This document shows, piece by piece, positions 33,956 through 43,157 of a stretch of DNA of 64,000 bases. Numbering within the stretch: the first letter of the stretch is position 1; the number at the start of each line of letters is the position of its first letter. The position numbers were made by a program, and so were the translations under genes. Source of the stretch: Acidimicrobiia bacterium (GTDB lineage Bacteria; Actinomycetota; Acidimicrobiia; IMCC26256; PALSA-610); contig DASXZO010000108.1 of the NCBI GenBank assembly GCA_036501845.1, positions 14,025-78,024 on the forward strand, read 5' to 3'. Under the pieces are notes generated by a model, which had not been told where the DNA came from, did no database searches, and worked only from the letters and a program-made list of their open reading frames with translations.

Positions 33956-35506
33956 TCAGTCGGGCAGCTCACCGGTGGGTGACGCCAATGCCACACCCGC
34001 ACCGGCCGCCGCTTCCGACGGATCGGTGTCCACGAGCGAGCGGCTCGAGTTCACGAACGCGGTGAGGCCACCAGGACCGTCCACACCGAGCACGTGCAAC
34101 GCGCCGAGATACACGACGGTCGCGGCCGCCGCCGCCCCGACCCAACCGGCAAGGCGCTCCACGCCGTACGCGGTGAAGGCAGCAGCGGTGGCCGACACCG
34201 CCACCACCGCCACCGCGCGCCACGGGAGTGGCCACACCGGGAGATCGCGCACCAGGCCCACCAGCAGTACGAGCACGAACACCTCGGTGATCACCGTGGC
34301 CACCGCCGCGCCCATCACGCCGTGCGCGGCGATCAACCACCAGTTGAGGGCCACGTTCAGCACGAGGCCGAGCAGGGTGACGATCGGGTACCTGCGGCGG
34401 CGGCCGACGCTCACGAGCGTGACGTATGCGATCTGGGTGAGGAAGTTGAGCGCCTGGCCGGCCACGAGCCAGCGCGCCGGCGCCGCCGCGCGCCCGAATT
34501 GGCCGGGGAAGATCGTGTGGATCACCGGTTGCGCGAGCACACCGAACAGCGCGGTGGCGAACGCCGCGACCATCACCACGATCACCACGGTTTGGCGCAC
34601 GATGCCGCGAAACCGCTGGCTATCGGCGGGCCAGGCGCGCACGAGGAGCGGGAGGGCCGCACCCATGAGCGCGGGCGCGAGGAACGCCAGGAGGTCGGAG
34701 AACTTGTAGCCGATGTTGTAGAGCGCGACCGCGTCGCGGCTGCGCACACCCGAGAGCCGCAACGTGAGCATCAGTGAGTCGACGCGGAAGTACAGCGTGC
34801 CGAGCGCAGTGCCGACGGCGAGAGGCGCGGCGTGCGCCACCCAGCGGCGCCATCGACCGAGATCGACGCGCGGCCGCACCCGGAACGAGTTGCGGATCGC
34901 GATCAGGATCACCACGAGCGCGACCGCGTCGCTCAACACATAGGCCACGATGTAGTTGAGGAATGTCCCGGTGCCGGTCGCGTACAGCACCACGATCACT
35001 GCGAGTTGCAACGCCGCGCCAATGACGATCGCGACGCCCACCGCGCGCAACCACAAACGAGCCTGGCACACGCTGATGACGGCCCACAGGCCTGACGCGA
35101 TGAAGAACGAGAGCCCGCCGATCGCGACGCCTTCGATCTCCTGGTGCGTGTACGGCCCCACCACCACGATCAGCAGCGCCAACAAGTAGCCGACGGTGCC
35201 GAGCGCGATCCGGAACACGAAGAAACGCCCGCCGATCTCCTCGAGCTGATCATCGCCTTCGTGCGCGAGGTCGGCGAGCACCACCCGTGTGGTCTCGAAG
35301 TCGGCAAGGAGCCCGAGCAGGCCGAGCAACGTGAACACGAACGCGAACGACCCGTACTTCGCCAGCGACAACGCGTGGGTCACGAGCACGGTGCCGGCAA
35401 GGCTGAACGCGGCTGCGATGGCGCGGCTCGACAGCAGCACTGTGGTGCCGCCCACCAGGGACTTCGACGACCGCGGGCTCGCGCCGGCCTGGGCCAATGC
35501 CTTCAC
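33956..35506 (-). CDS. Polysaccharide/oligosaccharide flippase (MOP superfamily, Wzx-like)
   Basis: GTG at 35506 (VKALAQAG..) preceded by GGGAGGG; about 12-14 TM helices. The ORF-track extension to 35836 is Arg/Pro-rich and overlaps the divergent GT4 gene. Confidence 0.7.
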   Translation of the reverse strand: MKALAQAGASPRSSKSLVGGTTVLLSSRAIAAAFSLAGTVLVTHALSLAKYGSFAFVFTLLGLLGLLADFETTRVVLADLAHEGDDQLEEIGGRFFVFRIALGTVGYLLALLIVVVGPYTHQEIEGVAIGGLSFFIASGLWAVISVCQARLWLRAVGVAIVIGAALQLAVIVVLYATGTGTFLNYIVAYVLSDAVALVVILIAIRNSFRVRPRVDLGRWRRWVAHAAPLAVGTALGTLYFRVDSLMLTLRLSGVRSRDAVALYNIGYKFSDLLAFLAPALMGAALPLLVRAWPADSQRFRGIVRQTVVIVVMVAAFATALFGVLAQPVIHTIFPGQFGRAAAPARWLVAGQALNFLTQIAYVTLVSVGRRRRYPIVTLLGLVLNVALNWWLIAAHGVMGAAVATVITEVFVLVLLVGLVRDLPVWPLPWRAVAVVAVSATAAAFTAYGVERLAGWVGAAAAATVVYLGALHVLGVDGPGGLTAFVNSSRSLVDTDPSEAAAGAGVALASPTGELPD

Positions 35507-35574
35507 ACCCTCCCGTGATCGCGGCCTCGTGAATCGTAGAGGCGGCCGTCGGCCACCATCCGTAGCATCGGCCG

Positions 35575-36678
35575 ATGGAGCGCGGCCGGAACCTGCTCGC
35601 GGTCGTGCCGGGCAGCTTCGTGTCGGGCGCGGAACTGCTGCTGCTCCGCGACCTCGACGCGGCCCGGAGCGCGGGCTGGGGCGTGCGCGTCGCGTGCAGC
35701 GACGGGCCCCTCGTGGAACGGCTGGCCCACTGCGATATCGAGCGAATCGCGATCCCCGATCTACGCCTCGGCGAAGGTCCGAAGCCGCTCGCCGCAGGCC
35801 GGCTCGCCAGCACCACGCTCGGCGCGGCGCGGGCACTACGACGCGATCGGCGGTCGTCGGAGCTCCTGCTCGTCAACGGCGTGAACGCGCTCCCGGCGGC
35901 AGTGCTCGCGCGCCAAGGCCGGCCTGTGGTGCTGTTCGCACACGACGTGCTGGTGCGCCGCGACCGCCTCACGCTGGCGCGCCTCGCCCGCCGCGCGGTG
36001 CGCGGCGCAATCGCGGTGTCCGACGCGACCGCACAACCCTTGCGCGCGCTGGGCATGAACGCCACGGTCGCGCGCCAGGGCACCGAGTGGCCGGTTGCGC
36101 CCGCGCAGCCCAGTGCCGAACCCGTGCGCATCGGCATCGCCGCCGCGCTCAGTGAGTGGAAGGGCCATCGCGTGGTGCTCGACGCGGTTGCCCGTATGGA
36201 GCACCGTGAGGTCGCGCTCGAGATCATGGGCGCGGCACCCCCGAAGGAGCGCGTGTATGAAGCCGAGTTGCGTATCGGCGCGGCCCAACCGGCGCTCGAC
36301 GGCCGCGTGCATTTCCTCGGCTTCGTCGCCGATCCACTCACACGCATGCGCACCTGGACGGCTGCGGTGGTCGCGAGCACCGAGCCCGAAGCGGGCCCGC
36401 TCGTGGCCCTCGAAGCAATGAGCATCGGGGTGCCCGTGGTGGCCACCGATCACGGCGGGGTGCGTGAGGTGCTCGGCGACGCAGGCGTGCTCGTGCCAGC
36501 CGGCAACGCGGCGGCGCTTGCCAACGCACTCGACCGCCTCCTCGGCGACGCGGTCCTGTACGCGCGCTGCCGCGCCGCCGGGCCCCCGCGCATCGTCGAC
36601 GAACACCTCACTCGGGCCGAACACGAGCAACGCTTCGTGGCCGCGCTCGATGAGCTCTCGGGAGCAGCGTCGGCGTGA
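35575..36678 (+). CDS. Glycosyltransferase family 4 (GT-B fold)
   Basis: 367 aa with the C-terminal EX7E region STEPEAGPLVALEAMSIGVPVVATDHGGVREV. A TAGCAT hexamer lies 6 nt upstream of the ATG. Confidence 0.8.
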   Translation: MERGRNLLAVVPGSFVSGAELLLLRDLDAARSAGWGVRVACSDGPLVERLAHCDIERIAIPDLRLGEGPKPLAAGRLASTTLGAARALRRDRRSSELLLVNGVNALPAAVLARQGRPVVLFAHDVLVRRDRLTLARLARRAVRGAIAVSDATAQPLRALGMNATVARQGTEWPVAPAQPSAEPVRIGIAAALSEWKGHRVVLDAVARMEHREVALEIMGAAPPKERVYEAELRIGAAQPALDGRVHFLGFVADPLTRMRTWTAAVVASTEPEAGPLVALEAMSIGVPVVATDHGGVREVLGDAGVLVPAGNAAALANALDRLLGDAVLYARCRAAGPPRIVDEHLTRAEHEQRFVAALDELSGAASA

Positions 36679-39600
36679 GTGTCGACGCCACCGAATTGTT
36701 CTCGCCGGCGACGCGGGCGTGGTTCTCCACCACGTTCGCCGAGCTCACGCCGCCGCAGGCCGAAGGCTGGCCGGTGATCGACCGTGGCGATCACACGCTG
36801 ATCGTGGCGCCCACCGGCTCGGGCAAGACGCTCGCCGCGTTCCTCGCCGCGATCGACCGGCTCACCACCGAGCCGGTTCCGCCCAAGCTCGAGCGCTGCC
36901 GGGTGCTCTACGTGTCGCCGTTGCGCGCGCTTGCGGTCGACATCGACAAGAACTTGCGCGCGCCACTTCGAGGCGTGGAGCTCGCGGCCGAGCGGCTTGG
37001 CGATCCGTGCCACGTGCCGGTCGTGGGCGTACGCACCGGCGACACCGAGAGCAAGGAACGCGCCGCGCTGTTGCGCACCCCGCCCGACATCCTCATCACC
37101 ACGCCCGAATCGCTCTATCTCATGCTCACGTCGCGGGCGCGCGACACATTGCGCTCCGTGCGGTGGGTGATCATCGACGAGATCCACGCGCTCGCGGCCA
37201 CCAAGCGCGGCGCGCATCTTGCTCTGTCGCTCGAGCGGCTGACCGCGATTACCACCTCGCCGCCGCAGCGAATCGGGCTGTCGGCCACCGTCCGCCCGCT
37301 CGACGAGATCGCTCGCTTCCTCGGCGGCTACCACGCCACCGCCCCCGGGGGCGCGAGCGGCACGCGAGCGGGGGTCGAGCACAGCGCGCGACCCGTCACC
37401 ATCGTCGATACCGGCACGCGCAAGGAACTCGACCTCGAAGTGATCGTGCCGGTCGACGACATGGCGAACGTCGAGGCCGCCCGTGAAGACACCGGACCAG
37501 GGAGCGGGCCGCCGGAATCAGCAGAGTCCCGCACCAGCATCTGGCCCCACATCCATCCGCTGCTGCTCGACCTCATCCGCGAGCACACCACCACGATCGT
37601 GTTCACCAACGCGCGCCGCCTCTCGGAGCGACTCGCGGCGCGCCTCAACGAGCTCGCGGGCGAGGAGCTCGTGCGCGCACACCATGGCTCACTCGCGCGC
37701 GAGCAACGCATGCAGGTGGAGGACGACCTCAAGTCGGGCCGGCTGCGCGGCATCATCGCCACCAGCAGTCTCGAGCTCGGCATCGACATGGGCACCGTCG
37801 ACCTCGTCGTGCTCGTCGAATCGCCGGGATCGGTCGCGCGTGGCCTGCAGCGGGTTGGTCGTGCCGGCCACCAGGTGGGCGCGCCGAGCTCGGGCCGCAT
37901 CTTCCCGAAATGGCGCGGCGACCTGCTCGAGACCGCCGCCGTGGTACGGCGCATGCGGGCCGGGCTCGTCGAGGAGATGCGCGTGGTGCACCAGCCGCTC
38001 GACGTGCTCGCGCAGCACATCGTGGCCGCGTGCGCCGTCGACTCGTGGGACGTGGACGAACTCCGCGCCCTTGTGCGGCGCAGCGCCAACTTCGTGAGCC
38101 TCACCGACGAGCTGTTCGACAACACGCTCGACCTGCTCGCCGGCCGCTACCCCACCGACGAGTTCTCCGGTCTCCAGCCGCGTGTGGTGTGGGACCGCAT
38201 CGGCGGGCGCGTCGAGGCACGCGCCGGCTCGCAGCGCGTTGCCGTCACGAACGCGGGCACCATCCCCGACCGCGGCCTGTTCAGCGTGTTCATGCCCGAC
38301 GGCAAACGCGTCGGCGAGCTCGACGAGGAGATGGTGTACGAGAGCCGGCCCGGCGAGGTGTTCGCGCTCGGTGCCACCGCGTGGCGTATCGAGGAGATCA
38401 CGCACGACCGAGTGGTCGTCACCCCCGCGCCTGGTGAGCACGCCAAGTTGCCGTTCTGGAAGGGCGACAAGCCCGGCCGTCCACTCGAGCTCGGTCGCGC
38501 GGTGGGTGCGATCGTGCGCGAGCTGCGGTCGCTCGACGAACCCACTGCGGCGGCGCGCTTGCACGACGACGGCTTCGACAACCGAGCCGCCACCAATCTG
38601 CTCGCCTACCTCGAAGAGCAGCACGAAGCAACCGGAACCGTGCCCGACGACCGCACGATCGTGGTGGAACGCTTCCCCGACGAGATCGGCGATTGGAGGG
38701 TGTGCATCCTCACGCCGTTCGGCGCGCGGGTGCACGCGCCGTGGGCGTTCGCGATCGAGGAGCAACTGGCGCGCAACGGCATCGATGCCCCAGCGATGTG
38801 GAGCGACGACGGCATCGTGCTGCGCCTCCCCGAGGCCGTCGACCGGGTTCCGCTCGAGTCGATCATGCTCGATGCCGAGAGTGTGGAACAGCTCGTGGTG
38901 GAGCGGCTGCCGTCCACGTCGATGTTCGCGTCGCGCTTCCGCGAGAACGCGGCGCGCGCGTTGCTGCTGCCGCGCCGCGACCCGCGCAAGCGCACACCGC
39001 TCTGGATGCAACGCCAGCGGGCCGGCGACCTCCTCGAAGTCGCGGCGCGCTACCCGGCCTTCCCGATGCTGCTGGAGACCACGCGCGAGTGCCTGCGCGA
39101 CGTGTTCGACCTGCCCGCGCTGCGCGAAGTGCTGCACGACGTGCAGACACGCAAAGTGCGAGTGGTCGAGGCCGACACACCGCGCGCGTCGCCGTTCGCG
39201 CAGTCGCTGCTGTTCGGCTGGATCGCGGTGTACATGTACGAGGGCGACGCGCCCATCGCCGAACGTCGGGCGGCCGCGCTCGCACTCGACCGCGGCCTGC
39301 TGCGCGAGCTGCTCGGCTCGGAAGACCTGCGCGAGCTGCTCGACCCGGCCGCGATCGCCGACCTCGAGCTCGAGTTGCAGCGACTCGCGCCCGACCGCCA
39401 CGCCCGAGCGCTCGACGGCGTCGCCGACCTGTTACGCGGCATCGGCGACCTGCGCGTCGACGAGGTGGCCGCCCGCACAGACGGTGACGTCGCGCCGTGG
39501 CTCGAACGGCTCGTCGAAACCCGGCGGGCCATCCGTGTGCGCATCGCCGGTGAGGAGCGGTTCGCCGCGGCCGAGGACGCGGCCCGCCTGCGCGACGCGC

Positions 39601-41123
39601 TCGGCTGCGCGCTGCCACCCGGCCTGCCCGCGGCGTTCACCGACCCGGTCGAGCGGCCGCTCGACGAGCTCGTGGCGCGTTACGCGCGCACGCACGGCCC
39701 GTTCCGCGTCGCCGACATCGTGGCGCGCTGGGCCGTCGACAGCGAGCGCGTGCGCGACGCGCTCGGGCGCCTCGCCACTGCCGGGCGGGTGGTCACCGGG
39801 CAGTTCCGGCCCGAGGGCAACGACGCCACCGACGTCACCGAGTGGTGCGACGACGGTGTGCTGCGCGTCGTGCGGCGCCGTTCACTCGCGCGCCTCCGGC
39901 GCGAGGTAGAGCCCGTCGACCCCGAGGCCTTCGTGCGCTTCCTGCCCGGCTGGCAAGGAGTGGCACACCCGCGGCGGGGCATGGATGCACTCGTCGCCGC
40001 GATCGAACAGCTGCAAGGTCTGGCGATCCCCGCGGCGATCCTCGAGCGCGACGTGCTCGCGGCACGCGTGGCCGACTACCGCTCCGCGATGCTCGACGAA
40101 TTGTGCGCCGCGGGCGAAGTGGTATGGACCGGTGCCGGCGCGCTCAACGACTCCGGGCGCGTGCGGCTCTATTTCCGCGATCGTCTTCGGCTGCTCGCGC
40201 CGGCCGTGGTGAGCCCGCCCGACTCGCTCGACGGGCTGCACGAGCGCGTGCGCGCAGCCCTCGCCGGTGGCGGTTCGTTCTGGTACGACCTGCTGGCCGC
40301 AACCGACAACCCGTCGGAAACTGAACTACTCAGCGCGCTGTGGGATCTCGTGTGGTGGGGCGAGGTCACCAACGACACGTTCGCGCCGGTGCGCGCGTCG
40401 CGCCGCAGCCCGCGCAAGGGCTCGGTGCGCCGGCCCGACGTGGGCCGGCTGTCACGGCTCGGGCCACCCGCCGGTGCGGGCCGCTGGTCACTCGTCGCAC
40501 CCGCCCTCGAACCCCGGCCCGCGGCCACCGAGTGGGCGCACGCCACCGCGCTCACCACGTTGGAACGTCACGGCGTGGTGACGCGCGAGGCGGTGAACGC
40601 CGAAGGCATCCCGGGCGGTTTCTCGTCGCTCTATCCGGTGCTGCGCGCGCTCGAGGACGCGGGCAAGGTACGGCGGGGTTGGTTCGTGGCCGAGTTAGGT
40701 GCCGCGCAGTTCGCGTCGACCGGCGCGATCGAGCGGCTGCGCTCGTATCGAGAGCCCGAACCCGAAGCGGCCGCGCTCTTGCTCGCCGCGGCCGATCCCG
40801 CGCAGCCGTTCGGCGCGGTGCTGCCCTGGCCCGAGCATTCCGGCGGTCGCCCCACCCGCACCGTCGGTGCCCACGTAGTGCTCGTCGACGGCCGCCTCGC
40901 CGCCTATCTCGACCGCAGCCACGGCGTGCTCACCTTCGCCGCCGGCGGCGACGATCCCGAACGTTGGATCGAGGCCATCGCCGAGGCCCAGCGCCGCGAC
41001 CGACTCGGTTCGCTCGAATGGCAGACGATCGACGGCGCACCGGCACGCGAGGCCGGTGTGGCCGAGGCGCTCCGCGACGCCGGCTTCAAGGACAGCTACC
41101 GCGGTTTGGTGCTGCGCGACTAG
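36675..41123 (+). CDS. lhr: Lhr-type large ATP-dependent DNA helicase (DExH)
   Basis: 1482 aa. The GTG overlaps the GT4 stop (GTGA). Contains Walker A APTGSGKT, DExH (IIDEIHAL), SAT (LSAT), HHGSLARE, QRVGRAGH and a long Lhr-specific C-terminal extension. Confidence 0.9.
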   Translation: MSVDATELFSPATRAWFSTTFAELTPPQAEGWPVIDRGDHTLIVAPTGSGKTLAAFLAAIDRLTTEPVPPKLERCRVLYVSPLRALAVDIDKNLRAPLRGVELAAERLGDPCHVPVVGVRTGDTESKERAALLRTPPDILITTPESLYLMLTSRARDTLRSVRWVIIDEIHALAATKRGAHLALSLERLTAITTSPPQRIGLSATVRPLDEIARFLGGYHATAPGGASGTRAGVEHSARPVTIVDTGTRKELDLEVIVPVDDMANVEAAREDTGPGSGPPESAESRTSIWPHIHPLLLDLIREHTTTIVFTNARRLSERLAARLNELAGEELVRAHHGSLAREQRMQVEDDLKSGRLRGIIATSSLELGIDMGTVDLVVLVESPGSVARGLQRVGRAGHQVGAPSSGRIFPKWRGDLLETAAVVRRMRAGLVEEMRVVHQPLDVLAQHIVAACAVDSWDVDELRALVRRSANFVSLTDELFDNTLDLLAGRYPTDEFSGLQPRVVWDRIGGRVEARAGSQRVAVTNAGTIPDRGLFSVFMPDGKRVGELDEEMVYESRPGEVFALGATAWRIEEITHDRVVVTPAPGEHAKLPFWKGDKPGRPLELGRAVGAIVRELRSLDEPTAAARLHDDGFDNRAATNLLAYLEEQHEATGTVPDDRTIVVERFPDEIGDWRVCILTPFGARVHAPWAFAIEEQLARNGIDAPAMWSDDGIVLRLPEAVDRVPLESIMLDAESVEQLVVERLPSTSMFASRFRENAARALLLPRRDPRKRTPLWMQRQRAGDLLEVAARYPAFPMLLETTRECLRDVFDLPALREVLHDVQTRKVRVVEADTPRASPFAQSLLFGWIAVYMYEGDAPIAERRAAALALDRGLLRELLGSEDLRELLDPAAIADLELELQRLAPDRHARALDGVADLLRGIGDLRVDEVAARTDGDVAPWLERLVETRRAIRVRIAGEERFAAAEDAARLRDALGCALPPGLPAAFTDPVERPLDELVARYARTHGPFRVADIVARWAVDSERVRDALGRLATAGRVVTGQFRPEGNDATDVTEWCDDGVLRVVRRRSLARLRREVEPVDPEAFVRFLPGWQGVAHPRRGMDALVAAIEQLQGLAIPAAILERDVLAARVADYRSAMLDELCAAGEVVWTGAGALNDSGRVRLYFRDRLRLLAPAVVSPPDSLDGLHERVRAALAGGGSFWYDLLAATDNPSETELLSALWDLVWWGEVTNDTFAPVRASRRSPRKGSVRRPDVGRLSRLGPPAGAGRWSLVAPALEPRPAATEWAHATALTTLERHGVVTREAVNAEGIPGGFSSLYPVLRALEDAGKVRRGWFVAELGAAQFASTGAIERLRSYREPEPEAAALLLAAADPAQPFGAVLPWPEHSGGRPTRTVGAHVVLVDGRLAAYLDRSHGVLTFAAGGDDPERWIEAIAEAQRRDRLGSLEWQTIDGAPAREAGVAEALRDAGFKDSYRGLVLRD
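37339..37380 (+). repeat. Family R repeat, copy 4 (inside lhr, in frame)
   Basis: CCGCCCCCGGGGGCGCGAGCGGCACGCGAGCGGGGGTCGAGC, 33/42 identical to 43181..43222. It is translated as APGGASGTRAGVE. Confidence 0.65.
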
Positions 41124-41139
41124 GCCTAGCGTTGTCGCT

Positions 41140-41490
41140 ATGACGATGACGCTCGACGGACCGGTCACCGACACCGAGACGATCAGTGACGAGGAACTCA
41201 CCGCGCTCGCGCTGGCCGCTCACGACGACGACATCGTTCCCGACGACGCGGTGCCGTTCATGGCGTTCGGCGGCGACGACGGCGACGCGCTGCTGCCGTC
41301 GTGGTACATGCCTGCGGCGTCCGCGGGCGGCAACGGCAAGGCCCAGAAGGGCTGGCGCCGCATCGCCGTGCTCGCGGTGATCGTCGCGTTCCTCACGATC
41401 GACTGCTACGGCATGTGCAACACCTACGGCGACCTTCACGTGAGCGCGCACACCCCACCCGCGCACCACGTGATCTCCACCCATCGCTGA
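41140..41490 (+). CDS. Small hypothetical protein with acidic N-terminus and one C-terminal TM helix
   Basis: 116 aa from the ATG at 41140. An Asp/Glu-rich N-terminal half is followed by WRRIAVLAVIVAFLTIDCYGMC. I recognised no family. Confidence 0.35.
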   Translation: MTMTLDGPVTDTETISDEELTALALAAHDDDIVPDDAVPFMAFGGDDGDALLPSWYMPAASAGGNGKAQKGWRRIAVLAVIVAFLTIDCYGMCNTYGDLHVSAHTPPAHHVISTHR

Positions 41491-41502
41491 GCGCGGCTCG
41501 CG

Positions 41503-42522
41503 CTAGAGCATCGCGAGTGAGTTCGCGGCCTCGACGATGTCGCGCGCCAGGTCGGCGTCGCCGGTAACGGTCATCGGGAAGCCGTCGGGCTCGATGCGGT
41601 TGCCGATCCGCATGCACCACTCCATCACCGGCGCCTCGAGCGTGACGCTCGGTGGCGCGCTGGTGTCGCCACCGGGCGCGAGCGGCACCACGAACTCGCC
41701 GGCGCCGGGGCCCGTGAGCACGAGGCGGGCGGTGCGCCCGGGTTGGGCGGTGCCACAGAGATCGAGGCAGCGCGGGATGAGCTGGGCCGAGAGCACCGCC
41801 ATCTGACCGAACGCGATGTCTGAAAGCGCGCGCCGGTCGCGGCCCATCGTCACGTCGATGTCGCCGGCATGAATCCAGGTCTCGAAGGCGCGGAACGTCT
41901 CCACGATGACGGTTGGCGTCTGGTTGTGGAACCAGCGCAGCGTGTCGCGCTCGTTCGCGACTTCACGCGTGGTGGTGGTCGCCGTCTCCCACTCGGCCAC
42001 GATCTCCTCGAACGTCCAGTCGCGCGTCGCGTCGAGCAGTGCACACGTACGCTCGTCGTTGTCGATCTCTTCGATCGCGGCAAAGCGCGGGTTGCCCACC
42101 GAGTCGGCGACCTGACTTTCCATGCCGGCGAGATGCGCGATCAGCTCACGGATCGTGAGGCCGTTCTGCGTGGTGCGGTCGAGCTGGTCGCGCGGCACCG
42201 TGCCGAGTGCGTCGCGCAGGTAATCGCACGCCTCGATGTGAGTGACCTCGGCGCCCGATACCACGGGTGGATTCGCCGGGCGCGCGGCGCGGGCGGCCCG
42301 AGCGTGGCCGAGAATCGAAGCACGCAGGCGCGGCGGAGGCGCGAGCGCGTCAGTGGCTCCGTACCACACTGCTGCAGTGCGGAGCCGTTCCACTTCGGCC
42401 ATCGCTTCGGGCCACTCGGCGATGTAGATCTCGACGCGCGTGGCGTCGTCGGACTCCACCGCGTCGAGTGCGTAAGCCGCGACAATGTCGTCGAACTCTT
42501 CTGGGGTCATTGCGCCAGTCAT
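41503..42522 (-). CDS. Soluble anti-sigma factor candidate fused to a DinB/MDMPI_N-like (mycothiol-type) domain
   Basis: 339 aa. The start overlaps the sigma-factor stop (ATGA). The N-terminus DDIVAAYALDAVESDD..VE.YIAEWPE..AEVERLR resembles an anti-sigma domain but lacks the HxxxCxxC zinc motif. The centre LTIRELIAHLAG.. resembles MDMPI_N. There is no TM helix. Confidence 0.6.
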   Translation of the reverse strand: MTGAMTPEEFDDIVAAYALDAVESDDATRVEIYIAEWPEAMAEVERLRTAAVWYGATDALAPPPRLRASILGHARAARAARPANPPVVSGAEVTHIEACDYLRDALGTVPRDQLDRTTQNGLTIRELIAHLAGMESQVADSVGNPRFAAIEEIDNDERTCALLDATRDWTFEEIVAEWETATTTTREVANERDTLRWFHNQTPTVIVETFRAFETWIHAGDIDVTMGRDRRALSDIAFGQMAVLSAQLIPRCLDLCGTAQPGRTARLVLTGPGAGEFVVPLAPGGDTSAPPSVTLEAPVMEWCMRIGNRIEPDGFPMTVTGDADLARDIVEAANSLAML

Positions 42523-43097
42523 GCGTACAGCTCGATTCCGTGAGCTTCCAATACATCGGCAATGCGACGTAGCCCCAGCCGTAGTCGCGATTTCGCCGTT
42601 CCTTCAGGTATCCCCAGCTCCTGCGCCACTTGGCGATAGGTGCGGCCGCCGAAGTACGCGAGCTTGATCGCCTCGCGCTGGTCCGGCGGCAGCTGATCCA
42701 CCGCAGCCCGCACCCGCTCCGCGGCCACGATCGCCATCGCCATCTCGTCGACGTCGGGCACCGACTGCGCGAATCCCGCGTCGCGCTCGGCCCGCCGCCG
42801 TTTCGCCTCTTCCCGCCGCACCCAGTCGACCGATCGCCGGTGCGCGAGCGTGCCGAGATAGGTGCGCATGCGGCCGCGCTCGGGGTCGAACTGTGCGGCC
42901 TTCTCCCAGATGGTGACGAACACCTCCTGGGTCACGTCCTCGGCTGCGGTGCGATCGCCGATCACCCGAGCCGCCAAGCCGTACACGAACGCACCGAATT
43001 GGTCGTACAGCTCTTCGAGGGCCCGGCAGTCGCCGGCAATGAGCCGCTCCCGTATCGATCGCTCCCACTCGGTCGGCATGGTGAGGTCCATCGCCAT
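42519..43097 (-). CDS. ECF (group 4) sigma-70 family RNA polymerase sigma factor
   Basis: 192 aa from the ATG at 43097. Region 2: AEDVTQEVFVTIWEKA. Region 4: QREAIKLAYFGGRTYRQVAQELGIPEGTAKSRLRLGL. The rest of ORF 42519..44441 is antisense to the ACAD gene. Confidence 0.85.
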   Translation of the reverse strand: MAMDLTMPTEWERSIRERLIAGDCRALEELYDQFGAFVYGLAARVIGDRTAAEDVTQEVFVTIWEKAAQFDPERGRMRTYLGTLAHRRSVDWVRREEAKRRRAERDAGFAQSVPDVDEMAMAIVAAERVRAAVDQLPPDQREAIKLAYFGGRTYRQVAQELGIPEGTAKSRLRLGLRRIADVLEAHGIELYA

Positions 43098-43157
43098 CCG
43101 TTCGCCGTGCGCCCCAGCCTGGATCACCAGAATTTCGAAAGCGTACGCTCCACCTCG

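Noticed and set aside
32631-34709. 692-aa plus-strand ORF
   Set aside because: It is antisense to the GGDEF and flippase genes. It is Arg/His-rich with no motifs.
35507-35836. 110-codon N-terminal extension of the flippase ORF
   Set aside because: It is Arg/Pro-rich and overlaps the divergent GT4 gene. A GTG with GGGAGGG upstream at 35506 precedes the first TM helix.
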